Shown piece after piece: positions 9,338 through 20,604 of a stretch of 64,000 nt of DNA (position 1 is the first letter of the stretch; every line of letters starts with the position of its first letter). This stretch comes from a virus. The position numbers and the translations under genes are program-made. Location of the stretch: positions 1-64,000 of the IMG/VR virus record IMGVR_UViG_3300025030_000046; one strand, written 5' to 3'. The notes under the pieces were generated by a model that saw only the letters and a list, made by a program, of their open reading frames with translations, ran no database searches and was not told the origin of the DNA.

Positions 9338-9922
9338 TTATTTACTTAAACTCAACTTCCAACATCGTCTACACATAGCAGTATAAGATTCATTCCCGCC
9401 AATTTGAATTTGATTACCTTCAGTCACAATTTTCCCATTTTCTATACGCGCATTCACTCCAGCTGCTCTCCCACAAGAACACATGCTTTTTAATTTAATA
9501 ATTTCATCTGCAACTTCTAATAACCTGATACTTGCAGGAAATCCCTTTTGTCTAAAGTCTGTCTTGATTCCGTAGCATAAAACTGGAATGTCTATAAAGT
9601 CAACTATGTCGGTTAGCTGGTCTATTTGTGCTGGAGTAAAAAACTGAACTTCATCAACTAAAACTACGTCTATCTTATACTCTAAAGTTTCACTTACATT
9701 CCCGATAACTTCAAACAAATTATCACTATCTTTTATTGATATGGCTTTATATTCTAACCCTTCAATTCTCGATTTGACCTTGTTTATTCCAGATCTCTTA
9801 TCTTTTGCCGAAGTTAGTATTATTGGAGTCATTCCTTTTTCTCTATAATTGTATGCGGTGCAAATTAATTGTCCAGTTTTTATGCTGTTCATACAACCTG
9901 CATAGTAATAAATTTTACTCAC
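9338..9922 (-). CDS. tdk: Thymidine kinase
   Basis: Variant P-loop GCMNSIKT, VDEVQF, YGIKTDF, C.C...GGNESY.AMCRRC zinc lasso. Confidence 0.92.
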   Translation of the reverse strand: MSKIYYYAGCMNSIKTGQLICTAYNYREKGMTPIILTSAKDKRSGINKVKSRIEGLEYKAISIKDSDNLFEVIGNVSETLEYKIDVVLVDEVQFFTPAQIDQLTDIVDFIDIPVLCYGIKTDFRQKGFPASIRLLEVADEIIKLKSMCSCGRAAGVNARIENGKIVTEGNQIQIGGNESYTAMCRRCWKLSLSK

Positions 9923-10387
9923 ATTAATTCTCCTCTTTTATATTTTCTGTTGTATTTAAACTTGTTGCTACTTCATTTGCAAAAGCCTCAGTTGGAATTT
10001 TGTCTGCAACCAGACATCCATCATTATCTCTAATACAATAAGTCAATGCAGTACTGCCTTTAAACATCATATATCCGTGAACTTTATACATATTTTCTCC
10101 CTCTAATTCTATTTAAAATGGAAATTTTATGGTGCTACAATTATATGTTCTTTGGTTAGTTGAAATTGTTCCAAACATATTGAACATTCATATGTTCCGC
10201 CCAAACATACTGTATTGAGCTGACTGGAATTTTTTACAATTAGGGCAAGTAACCAAATAAAAAGGTAATTCTCTAGACAGCCCATAAGGTAGGGTTTTAA
10301 TAACTTTAAACATATTTTATCCTTTCATTATTTAAATCAAATTTACCTTTTAATGGAATATTGCTACGATTATTTCATATATTATAT

Positions 10388-10456
10388 AAGCAACTAGGTT
10401 TTCTCTCAGTTAGCCTTTTAGTTGCGGGGTAGGAGATAACTCTCCTATCTTTTTTA
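10388..10456 (+). ncRNA. Candidate small antisense RNA
   Basis: Non-coding; gcaacta...tagttgc stem, then a taggaga-taac-tctccta terminator with T tract on the + strand, opposite to the surrounding genes. Confidence 0.35.
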
Positions 10457-10475
10457 TTTCAATAGAAATAAGATT

Positions 10476-10643
10476 TTATCTTGTCATAGCATAATAAATT
10501 ACATAAAACCAACTAAAAAATCCATGCAGCATTGCCCACAAAATTGATTTGTGTAAACTCCACGATATACAAATTGCTAACGCACATCCAAAACTAACAC
10601 CAGAAGTAACATATTTATATGTATATGTATTTTTATTTTCCAT
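10476..10643 (-). CDS. Small membrane protein
   Basis: Hydrophobic 55-aa ORF flanked on both sides by the 18-bp junction motif. Confidence 0.65.
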   Translation of the reverse strand: MENKNTYTYKYVTSGVSFGCALAICISWSLHKSILWAMLHGFFSWFYVIYYAMTR

Positions 10644-10780
10644 AATTTCTCCTTTCAATAAAACCCCGAATTTATCAAAAATAAGTCATTCTGACAGCCC
10701 CATAGAGCGATTATTTTTAGGTAGGTAATACGATTATATGTCTCGAATTTCTGTCAGAATGTTTAAATTTTATATTTTAC

Positions 10781-11062
10781 TTAATTAGCTTTGCTGTAAA
10801 ATTCTTCGTATTCTTTTTCTACTATTTCACGTTTTGCTTTAGTAATTTTGTCTTGTAGTTCTGGAATTTTTTCTTGTAATCTTCTTCTTGCTCTCGAAAT
10901 ACCTTCAAAACTTTGTTGATACTTTATGAAGTTATTTTCGTCAAATGATACATTCATAATTTCTTTCATAAACAAAACGTATAATAGATGGTCATTGCTT
11001 TGTGTTTCTGGATAATCAGTTAATATGGTTTTAACTCCATCTTCTATTTTAGTAAAATTCAT
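10781..11062 (-). CDS. Hypothetical phage protein
   Basis: 93-aa ORF with GGAGG RBS. Confidence 0.65.
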   Translation of the reverse strand: MNFTKIEDGVKTILTDYPETQSNDHLLYVLFMKEIMNVSFDENNFIKYQQSFEGISRARRRLQEKIPELQDKITKAKREIVEKEYEEFYSKAN

Positions 11063-11074
11063 AATATTCCCTCC

Positions 11075-11575
11075 TTAATTTATTCCAGTTGATCCAAATC
11101 CGCCTTTTCTATCACCCTCTGCATTGTCACTATCTACAGTTAAAAACTTTTGGAATACTCCCTGACCAATTCTATCTCCTTTTTTAATTTCAACGTCATA
11201 TGGGAAGAAGTTATAAAATCCAAACATTATTTCGCCTTCTTGCTTTGAATAATCCGAATCCACTAAACCCACACCATTCGACAAAACCAAACCTAGTTTA
11301 AATGGATTGCTTGAGCGGTTAAACATGAACAAACCTTCATCTTCTGGAAAATATGCGGTTATGCCTGTATGTACTAATGTTGGTTTAATTGCACTAAAAT
11401 CTTCTAATCCTTTAAAAAAGTTTATTATATTATTTGATATTTGTTTCCATATGGAAGGTATTTTTACATCCTCGGCAGCTTGAAAATCATATCCAGCCGA
11501 ATTAGCGGTTGAGCGTTTTGGTAAGTTAATATCCATATCCTTATATTTAGAAACTACATCAAAATATCTAGTCAT
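11075..11575 (-). CDS. dut: Trimeric dUTPase
   Basis: SAGYDF, RSS, GLVDSDY, DRIGQG and RKGGFGSTG motifs I-V. Confidence 0.95.
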   Translation of the reverse strand: MTRYFDVVSKYKDMDINLPKRSTANSAGYDFQAAEDVKIPSIWKQISNNIINFFKGLEDFSAIKPTLVHTGITAYFPEDEGLFMFNRSSNPFKLGLVLSNGVGLVDSDYSKQEGEIMFGFYNFFPYDVEIKKGDRIGQGVFQKFLTVDSDNAEGDRKGGFGSTGIN

Positions 11576-11756
11576 TGTTTTCCTCCACTTTCACAAATAA
11601 TTCACATATGCATTCTTGTGTTTGACGAAAATCTAAACAGGGACACAAAGAATTTTCGTCGGTTAATATTCTACACGGACAGTGGTTTGAGTTTGCTTTT
11701 AGCTTTTCTCTTATTTGTTTTACTTTTTCTTTATCTGGATTTAAAATAACTTTCAT
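11568..11756 (-). CDS. Ferredoxin:thioredoxin reductase catalytic-subunit-like protein
   Basis: CPC...CPC...CIC.LF cysteine pattern of the FTR beta chain. Confidence 0.8.
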   Translation of the reverse strand: MKVILNPDKEKVKQIREKLKANSNHCPCRILTDENSLCPCLDFRQTQECICELFVKVEENND

Positions 11757-12430
11757 TAAAACTCCCCTTTTATCGTTGTTTTTATAATCTTATTGCATTC
11801 ATTTTTTATATTTCTTAATACTTTCATACTATAAGGTTTTACATCACAATTATCTAAATTTTTAGACTCAAACTGCTGCAATATATATTCATTAACATTA
11901 AAACTTTTTAATACTTTGGCAATTTCTAAACAATCTTTTACATCTACAAACTTAGGATATACTGTAGTCCTAAATTCATATTGTATGTTTGAATTTATTA
12001 TTATCTCTATAGAGTCTAATATGTTTTGATAATTTACTTTTTTATTTGTAATTAAATCATATCTTTCTTCTGAAGTTTTAATATCCATACCCACATAATT
12101 TATGTAAGGGATTATATCGTTTAGTACCTTTGGATTATTTCCATTAGTATGAATTCCAACAGTAAATCCATCCATACAAAGCTCTTTAATTAAATCAGCT
12201 ATTCCAACCCATTCAGTACATTCTCCACCACTTATGACAATATGATCTATGAAATTTTTACGTTTAATTAATTTAGGCAACACGTCTTTTTTAAAATTAA
12301 TATTCTTTTGTTTAATTAATGGCTTATTGTGGCAAAAATCACAATCCCAACTACATTGCCCAATAAACAATGTAGTTGAAATGTGTTGAGGGTAATCTAA
12401 CATACTTGACCAAACTACTGACTTAATCAT
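11756..12430 (-). CDS. nrdG: Anaerobic ribonucleotide reductase activase (radical SAM)
   Basis: CSWDCDFCHN, SGGE, TNG, MDIK and YEFRTT motifs; adjacent to nrdD. Confidence 0.9.
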   Translation of the reverse strand: MIKSVVWSSMLDYPQHISTTLFIGQCSWDCDFCHNKPLIKQKNINFKKDVLPKLIKRKNFIDHIVISGGECTEWVGIADLIKELCMDGFTVGIHTNGNNPKVLNDIIPYINYVGMDIKTSEERYDLITNKKVNYQNILDSIEIIINSNIQYEFRTTVYPKFVDVKDCLEIAKVLKSFNVNEYILQQFESKNLDNCDVKPYSMKVLRNIKNECNKIIKTTIKGEF

Positions 12431-12656
12431 CTTTTGCCGTTTTTACAACTGTTTTTAAATAATTTAAGTTGCCATTATAATACTGATCTGCCACACCAAT
12501 AACAGGCATTACATTAAATCCTTTTGCTATCATTTTTGCTTTTGTCCTAAAATCATTCATTGCATTTTTTTCTTGATACTCTATGTTGTTTTCTTTCATA
12601 AAACTTTTCAATTCATCACATCTTGTACAAGATGGAATAGTATAAATTGTAATCAC
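12423..12656 (-). CDS. NrdH-like glutaredoxin
   Basis: IYT.PSCTRC CxxC motif and cis-Pro MPV; 77 aa. Confidence 0.85.
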   Translation of the reverse strand: MITIYTIPSCTRCDELKSFMKENNIEYQEKNAMNDFRTKAKMIAKGFNVMPVIGVADQYYNGNLNYLKTVVKTAKDD

Positions 12657-12665
12657 ATTTTCCTC

Positions 12666-15600
12666 CTAATATGTTTCTCTTTTTCTATCTTTTAGTTCTG
12701 CCATTTTGCTAGAGTTGAATTTTTTTATTTGTACATAGTAGCCAGTAATTCTTGTTTGCGATATTAAATCTTCACTCCCACATATAGGACACTGTTCCAA
12801 CAATCCACCAAAAGTTTTCTTACAAACTTTACAAGCGGTTTGTTCGGGAGAATTTACACTTTGCACACAATCAGTTTCTAGCCATATCTTTTCAATTAAG
12901 TTGTATATAGCTTTTGGCGAAGGTTTCTTTTCTCCAGTCCATGTATGAATCATACTTCCAGCTTCAACTAATGGATGAAATTTTGATTGTTCCGTAAGTC
13001 TGGTGATATAATCAACATCGCTATCTGTTGCAAAATGAACAGAATTACTGTAATAGACACCAAACTCATTTTCTTTGTGAAATGCTCTTCCCCCATATTT
13101 CTTTATATCAAGTTTTGCGAACCTTCCTGCGGTGGATTCGGCTGGAGATTCTTCCAATTTCATTCCGATTTTATATTTTTCATTCAAATCTTTTATTTTC
13201 ATATTCATAAATGTAATTATCTCAATACCCTTTTCAAAAGCTTCATTTGAATCGTGCAGCTCTTCCCCAATTAAGTTATACACACATTCGTTTAAACCAA
13301 CTATTCCAATTAGGTATGAAGCATTTTCAAGCCTAACATATGGTTTCCCGTCCATTCCTTCTGTATAATATTTTAAAGGAGAGTCTTTTAATTCTGTTAG
13401 ACTCCAAACGTAGTCACGTCTGGTTATATGCGCTTTTGCTGATAATTCCATTCTGTATTCAAGTTCTTCATAAAATTTATCTTCATCTTTATCTACTTGT
13501 AGAGGTATATTAGGAAGGTTTATGGATACATTTTGTATACCAACGAATCTCAATTCTTCAGGCGTAGATATTAACTTCTTATCTTCTTCGGAAAAAGTTA
13601 TAGATAATCTACAGCACTGGGAAATGCTAAAAGCGTTTCTGTCAAATATTTGATAAATACTACCCTTTTCACTAATAGCTTCACATGCCAACATTAACAA
13701 TGCTTTTGATTGTGGAGTTGAGAATGCTTCATTGTTTATATGAAGATTAATTTTAGGGAAAGCAAACGCCAATCCTAATGAATCGCCTTGCTTACTAACT
13801 TCTAATATAGCTTTTAAAAATAATTTCGACTCTTTATCAAAGTCTTGGTATGTAAGAACTTTATAGTTATTTTCTTTAGCATATTGCTTTGCATCATCTT
13901 GATTGTCAGAATAATGAATATCCCCAAGATTATCCTCAACCATATACTTGCCACTTTTCCCCATAGCCAATACATCTTTATAATGGTTTGGAATGTTTAA
14001 ATATACGTTGAAATCTGTAAAGCTTACTTGTCCACCTTTAGCTCCTGCCAATTGGGATAAATCAAATATTATGGTTTGTGCTAGTTGCTTAATTTCTTTA
14101 TATTTCATCCCTCTCAGTAGCGGTGCAAAAAATACATTAAGTCCTTCCCACCCGATCGCCTTATCCATATTTTTCAATATAGGGCTGACTATATCTTTAT
14201 CCTTCTTGAAGGATAGGACGCACTTCGCAATAAGGAATTTCGCCTTAAAGCTACTCTACTCACTATAATTTCAAATTATGCTTTCGATAGTCGATACACC
14301 TTTTATATTTGTATATGTTTCCAACTATTCCTTTTTATAATATTCTCTAATGTGCTTTTAGGGATATTATAATCTTTCGACATCTTGCTCCATGATGCAT
14401 ACTTACCGTTGATTAATATTTTTTTACTATCTCGTCATTTAATTTTGTTCCATTGTTGTTTTCTCCAACTTGATTTATTAATCCTACAGAATATGCGTGG
14501 TTTATATTTCCTTTATTAGAAATCCACTCTAAGTTATCTTTCCTATTATTGTTTTTATTGCCATCTTTGTGATTTACTTGCGGAAGATAAACGTGGTTCT
14601 CTATAAAATGGAGAGCAACTAATCTATGTACTTGAATTGTTTTCTTTTTTACTCCATCATATAAAGTAACATTTTTATATCCTCTTATGTTTTTATATTT
14701 AATTTCTATCGGCTTTATTCTGCCAAAAGAAATAATCTTGCCCGTATTAGATATTTTATATCTTTTATCGTAGCCGCTTATATATTTCCATATTTCTTCT
14801 ATATTATTTACCTCCATTTGCTTAAATTTAGCACAATAATATCATAGTTGGTTTTCAAATATAACTTGGCACGGTATTACCTGCTATCTCGTCGTGAGAC
14901 CGTAGGCTTTCTTAGAAAGTGTATTCGTGCAATATGCCTTATTTAACTTTTACCGTTAGCGGTAGTATGAGTTTAACTACCACACCCTGCATTTACAGGT
15001 TCACATCCTTATTTTTTCTATTCATTACTGAATAGTGTGCCATTTATTACATAGCACCTGCAAATAAACTAGTGTAAAATTGTGTAATAGAGCAAATGTG
15101 TCTAGCTAATACTTCAGCGCTGTTAGCGGGATTAGATGTAGATGCAATAGTTGATATATTTTTAATGCCATTTTTCTTAATATATTCAGGTGAATGACCA
15201 GAGCAGTAAAATCTAGTTGGCATTCCTAAATCATGAACGTGTATTTTCCCCTCTAAATGAGCTTTTGATATTTCAGCATCAAATATTTTTCTTAAAGCAA
15301 ATTCTTTTAATACTCTTTCTGCTATTGTTAAGTTAATGCTTTCTGGATTATGAGAAGTATTGCCATTTTCATTATTGCTATTTTCAATAATTTGTTGAAT
15401 GTCGTATAATGATATTGATATTTCCGATTCGGATTTTAGTTGTTTATTAAATCCTTTTTCATACAACACAACATTTACAAAACTTCTTATTAGTGATGTT
15501 GTGATAGTTGTTAATTCTAATTTTTTAAGTTTATCGCCAACTGTCTTAGATATTTCATTCGCCATATCTTCTGGACAATCTAATTCTTTTATTAGAGATT

Positions 15601-15709
15601 CCGCAATTTTATTTTCATCAAACTCAAAAAATTCCTCTTGAGTAGTTGATTCAACCATTAACGCAATATCCGTAGAGTTGTTTTTACTTGTTCTTTTTTT
15701 GACCTTCAT
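12666..15709 (-). CDS. nrdD: Class III anaerobic ribonucleoside-triphosphate reductase; exon 1 15709-15053, exon 2 14156-12666 (about 715 aa spliced)
   Basis: AHLEGKIHVHDL; spliced junction FAGA|IGWEG; QCCRL finger loop, SPAES, CxxC..CxxC, RITGYY glycyl-radical motif. Confidence 0.93.
14157..15052 (-). mobile_element. Group I intron in nrdD (896 nt)
   Basis: P1 GTGCTAT/ATGGCAC with U-G wobble at the 5' splice site; core-like GCTAACGGTAAAAG...AATACCGTGCCAAG and TCGACTATC...GATATAGTC segments; terminal G at 14157; removal restores the frame. Confidence 0.9.
14303..14817 (-). CDS. Intron-encoded NUMOD4-HNH homing endonuclease, frameshifted at the homopolymer 14419-14425
   Basis: EIWKYI.GY..RYKISNTG, VHRLVA, VNHKDGNKNNN...NLEW; one extra A extends the ORF to a KRNSWKHIQI* tail at 14303. 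Confidence 0.85.
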
Positions 15710-16780
15710 ATGCTTCCTCCTGTTTTATATTTTAATTAATTGAGTAAATTAGAAGAATTAATTTCTGGATTAAACTTTACCTCTGAATTTTCTAAAGCAT
15801 AAATAGAAGCCATTATTAATTCTCCAGCAGAATACACTAAGTCGCCTATAATTTTTAACATTTCTCTCGAAGGCTTTTCTAAAGAGCAATTATAAATCTT
15901 TACTAAGTTTTCATTTGCTAAATTTAAGTCCTCCAACATTGCTTCTCTAACACTCATAAACTTATCCCCTTCATATTAAATTATGCACTATCTTGCGCCA
16001 TAGTCAAGATATATTTTATATTTCACTTTATTGATTTCAAATGAAAACAGAGTTTAATCGAAATTTTCTTCTTCAAATTCTATTTCATGGTTAAAAAGAG
16101 TGCTTTCCAGATAACTTATATATCCCAACATTCTTATTTTGTTTAATTCCATTGCTCTAACTTCATGCTCTATATTGTCTATTACATCTTTCAAATCTTG
16201 GAAATTTGTTACCCATTGTCTTATATCCATAATTTTTTCTCTCTTTTCTGATTTTTCTTCTTTGAATATATCTCTTTTCCATCTGCCGTTTTTACTCTGG
16301 CATAATTTGGATTAGTTTTATTATCTTCATATTCTTCTTTACTGCAAGTCACCCAAGCATTTTCTTCTAGAAAGTTTAAAAAGTAATTTTCAAAACTATT
16401 ATCTTTCATCTAATCATCCTTCCATAATTTCATTAAAAAAAACAATCTCTAATACCTAAATATTTATCAAATTTATTGTGGCTAACACCATATTTCTTAC
16501 CAATCCAATTTAGTTTCCAGTCATAATACTTATACATTATTTTATAAATTACATTCATTCTATACCTCATATATTCTTCTTTTTATACTTTTAACCGCTA
16601 GATCCATAGCTTTTGCGAAAATATGTTCATCTAATTTTTCAAAATCAAAATAGTCAATTTCTTCTCTTTTTTCTGGCTCCCTTATAATGTTTAAAATACT
16701 AGCTGAAATAGATTTAGCATATCTTACAGCTAACATTTGTTCTTTAGTCAATTCAGGCATTTGGTTTCCCCTTTCTAATT

Positions 16781-16796
16781 CCCTCGAATTCGAGGG
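16781..16796. repeat. Perfect 16-bp palindrome CCCTCGAATTCGAGGG at a gene junction
   Basis: Lies between the stop at 16798 and the RBS of the 16560-16760 ORF. Confidence 0.7.
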
Positions 16797-19392
16797 TTTA
16801 AATTATTTTATTCATATCGTAATTATCTCTTATGTAATCTACTAACCCATTCATTACGGATATTATGTGTTCATCGTTTTTAAAGCAAGGATGCGTATGT
16901 AGCATACAAGAATTTTTCTTGCCTTTTGTTTTAAAATGCTGATAATCAAAGTTTATAAATAGTAGCGGAATTTCTTTAAGATTTTTAGTAAACAATCTAG
17001 TATACAATTTTGTAAACATTAGCTTCTCCTTTCATTGTAATGAGGATGTTTTCGTTAAAATGTTTGTTTGAATTAAATTTTATATTTAACTTCAAATTCT
17101 TGTACATCTGTAATTTCATCTATATCATCAATTTCTATATCTCCATTTAGAGATTCATTTATCCATACAATCATTTCAACCGAAGCAGTTACTTTTGCTT
17201 TATATTTCATGTTTCTTCCTCCAATTCTACCGCATCCCTCGCAAGGATGAGTAATGTGATGTAAACAGCCCTTATGTTCGCACGGTTCTCCATTTTGCAA
17301 TTCTTTTATCATATCTTATCTCCATGAAATGATTATTTTATATTTTCGTAGAATCCCATGTATTTATTCTCTGCATCCTCCATGCTATCTGCTATAAACA
17401 CTCCATCTTTTAAACAATCGATTAATTTTAACTTCTGCAAAACATTAATTCTTTTTAATTTTTCTTCATTGTTTGTTGGCGTATAAAAACGTACTGTTTC
17501 TTGTTTTCCATTTGGATAAGCCAACGTCCACTCGCTTATTTCTATCTGATCTAAATCTGATGCCAATAATTCTTTCAATTCTTGAGTTTGCTTAAATAAT
17601 AACTTAGCAACCCTTTTAGCCACTTTTTCTCTCAAATATACTCCACAATAAACTCCCATTGGCATATCAAAGAATTTTTCAATTGACTTCATAATATCCT
17701 CCTAGTTTAATTGTTTTCCTATCCTTTTTATCTCATCTCTCGTTTCTATAAGTACCCCTTCGTATTCCTTTAGACTAACTAAAACTTTCTTCTCTACTTT
17801 TCCAGCATTTTCTAACTGAGATACTTTATTTAACAAGTTATCCCAAATTCCAAAATGTCCTTTAGATGTCCATACTTCTGCTTTCTCATGTGTCGTTTTA
17901 TTCTCGCTAATGCTTTTACTTTTTAGAGTAAATTGTTTGTCGTCAACTTCTACTCTGTATTTATCATTTAATATTATAGCTCCCATAATTTTGTTCTCCT
18001 TTTATATTTTATTTAATTTAAATCTCTTGAATCGCATTGTTTTTCTTCGTTCCACCAACCTCCAGCTTGTTCTCTAGGTGTACATGGTTTGTCTTTTCTT
18101 TTTTCAAGTAATTCTAAATAGCAGTCATACTGTGATTTTCCAGTATAATGACTTTTTAAATAAGCCTCACTCCAACATTTCTCACACATCATTTATTTTT
18201 CTCCTTCCCAATAATGTAACATCAAACAGTTACCCATTTGGACTTCGGTATCTCCTTGCCACACAGTAGCTTCGGTATCATCTGATTGGCAGTAAGGACA
18301 ATAAATTATTTTAGAGTCTTTAGTTGCATGTTCGCCAAGTAGAAATTCTTTTCCACAAGTGTAGCACTCATATTTCATTAATTTATCATCTACAAATTCA
18401 CTCATAAGATCTCCTTTCTATAAAATTGGGATTTTATCGTTATTTTAGAATTTTAAGCTCTTTCACTCTCTTTATATCTCGTAAATGCTTTAATTTACAT
18501 GTTACAATAGTATTTCAATCAGCTAATCATCTATATATTTAAGATTTAATTCCTCAGCTGTGATTTTGGATATTTTTTCATAACATTCGTCGTATTGACC
18601 GTCAATAAAGTTTTCCATACAATTAAATTCATTCATGATATCCATTAATCTACTTTCATATATGGATAGTTCAGAAATAAGCTCTGCTAAAATTTCATTT
18701 CTTTTTGTGTAGCATTCTTCCTCCCCTTCTCCATGTGGGAACAATGAATAATCATCTTGATATCCGCCTAGTAAAGAATTTAATCCAACGTCACATTTGC
18801 CAATGGTTGACCATATATCAACTTGATGTTTATTTAGATATCCTTTTCCCAATAACCAAAATACAAGGCAGGATTCTTTAATAATACTTTCATTTTGGTC
18901 AATAAAATCTTCTCCCATCTCCGTTTCAAAATGAGATATTAAGTTAAATATTTTTCGTTTATCCATATAAGCGTCCCTCCTAATACAAATCTTCTGAATA
19001 CAAATCTTTTTTCATTTCTTTTATTTGACCACACTCAAAAGCAATTCTGGCAGCTTCTTGCCTATTAACAAATTCACCTTTATCAGTTACAAAACCTTGT
19101 TCTCCATTTTTTAATGCTCCAAATGGTTTTGCTGAATTTAAAATATTATGATGTCGCCTTCCTGTATGTATTACACCATCTTTTAAGATTGCTGATTCAA
19201 CTATCATTTGTGCTTACAAGCCTCGACAATCATCGCAATAGCTGCACCTAGCCCTAATAACGGAATCCAACCAAAGAATATAAATAGTGCTAACGTACAT
19301 GCTGTATTATTATCCATTCTATATCTCCTTTCATTAAAATTTTGCTTTCATCTTAATTTTATATTTCGATCAATCTCATCATTTATATGGTT

Positions 19393-20604
19393 TTATATTC
19401 TATTTTTATAATCTGCGTATTTTAAATCATAATATTTCTCTGCTATTTTAGGATATTCATTTTCAAAACTATCCATATAGTTGTAACAAGATGAATTTGA
19501 TCCATTAGCTATACAAAATTCTCTAAATGACTTCTTTTTAAAGAAATTCGGCTGGTTACACCATCTAGCAAAATTGATATACATACCTCTATGTGGACTT
19601 TCTTCATATTTATTAAATCTCATGATATATGGCAAACAACTATGTTTCATTAAAATTCTAACTCTTTTAAAAATATCTCGTATATCTTGAATCCAAAATT
19701 CATCGTCCCATCTATCATTCCTATCAAATCCACAAAATACGTATAGTTTGGTTGTTTTAGAGCAATATTTTCGCCATAACTTTAATTTTTCTTCTATCTG
19801 ATCTTTATCTGCTATATTATCAAACGCAAAAATATAATCTCCTATGTATTTACTCTGGCTTAATATTTTAGCCTTTTCATCAGTCATAATGCGTAAATCC
19901 ATGCCTTGCTTATATTCAAATCTTTTACCAGTATTTTGTAAGGATTGTAATATACATTTCCATTGACCAAAACCCAAAATATTGTCATCTAACATGCATA
20001 TATACTTTCTATCTTTATCTACGAATTCATTCAAAGGACTATGTATTTCAACTTTATTATAATTTTTATTTACACAGAACTCGCATTTACGGAAGCAGCC
20101 TCTAGTTGTAAAGCCTACCGAGTAGTCAGTATAATATTTATAGTCTAATTTTTTACCTCCTTTCTCCAATTCTTTTTTTACCCAGTCATCATATAAATGA
20201 TAATCTGGCATATGATGCTCTATTTCTTCTGGCAATTTAGGAGCTTTGTCATAATAAAATCCTGTTCCGCCATATTCAACTATTCCTAAATTTTTAATTT
20301 GTATTGGTATTGGAGTATCTGTGAACACTTTACTTATTACGATTTTATCAAATATAACATCTTCTTCATTATAATATCTAACATAACCCTTTTTGGTCGT
20401 GTCATCTAATATTAAAAATTGAAGTTTTGGTTCAATATTTTCGGACAGTTCTATAAATTTTGAAAATAAATCCCTATAATCGGTAATTAAAGTTACATTA
20501 CGTCCTAATTTTTTATAATGAGCGGAAAGTTTCATACAAGCTAAATTAGGAAATCTATGTTTTGGTCGTCCTATTAAATCTGCATCTATAATACCAATAT
20601 TCAT
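19393..20604 (-). CDS. Radical SAM protein
   Basis: TTRGCFRKCEFC CxxxCxxC motif, N-terminal FPNLACMKLSAHYK, LDDNI. Confidence 0.8.
   Translation of the reverse strand: MNIGIIDADLIGRPKHRFPNLACMKLSAHYKKLGRNVTLITDYRDLFSKFIELSENIEPKLQFLILDDTTKKGYVRYYNEEDVIFDKIVISKVFTDTPIPIQIKNLGIVEYGGTGFYYDKAPKLPEEIEHHMPDYHLYDDWVKKELEKGGKKLDYKYYTDYSVGFTTRGCFRKCEFCVNKNYNKVEIHSPLNEFVDKDRKYICMLDDNILGFGQWKCILQSLQNTGKRFEYKQGMDLRIMTDEKAKILSQSKYIGDYIFAFDNIADKDQIEEKLKLWRKYCSKTTKLYVFCGFDRNDRWDDEFWIQDIRDIFKRVRILMKHSCLPYIMRFNKYEESPHRGMYINFARWCNQPNFFKKKSFREFCIANGSNSSCYNYMDSFENEYPKIAEKYYDLKYADYKNRI

Noticed and set aside
14157-14177. Independent start of a 503-aa NrdD (MKNMDKA)
   Set aside because: These codons are intron sequence; exon 2 begins at 14156.
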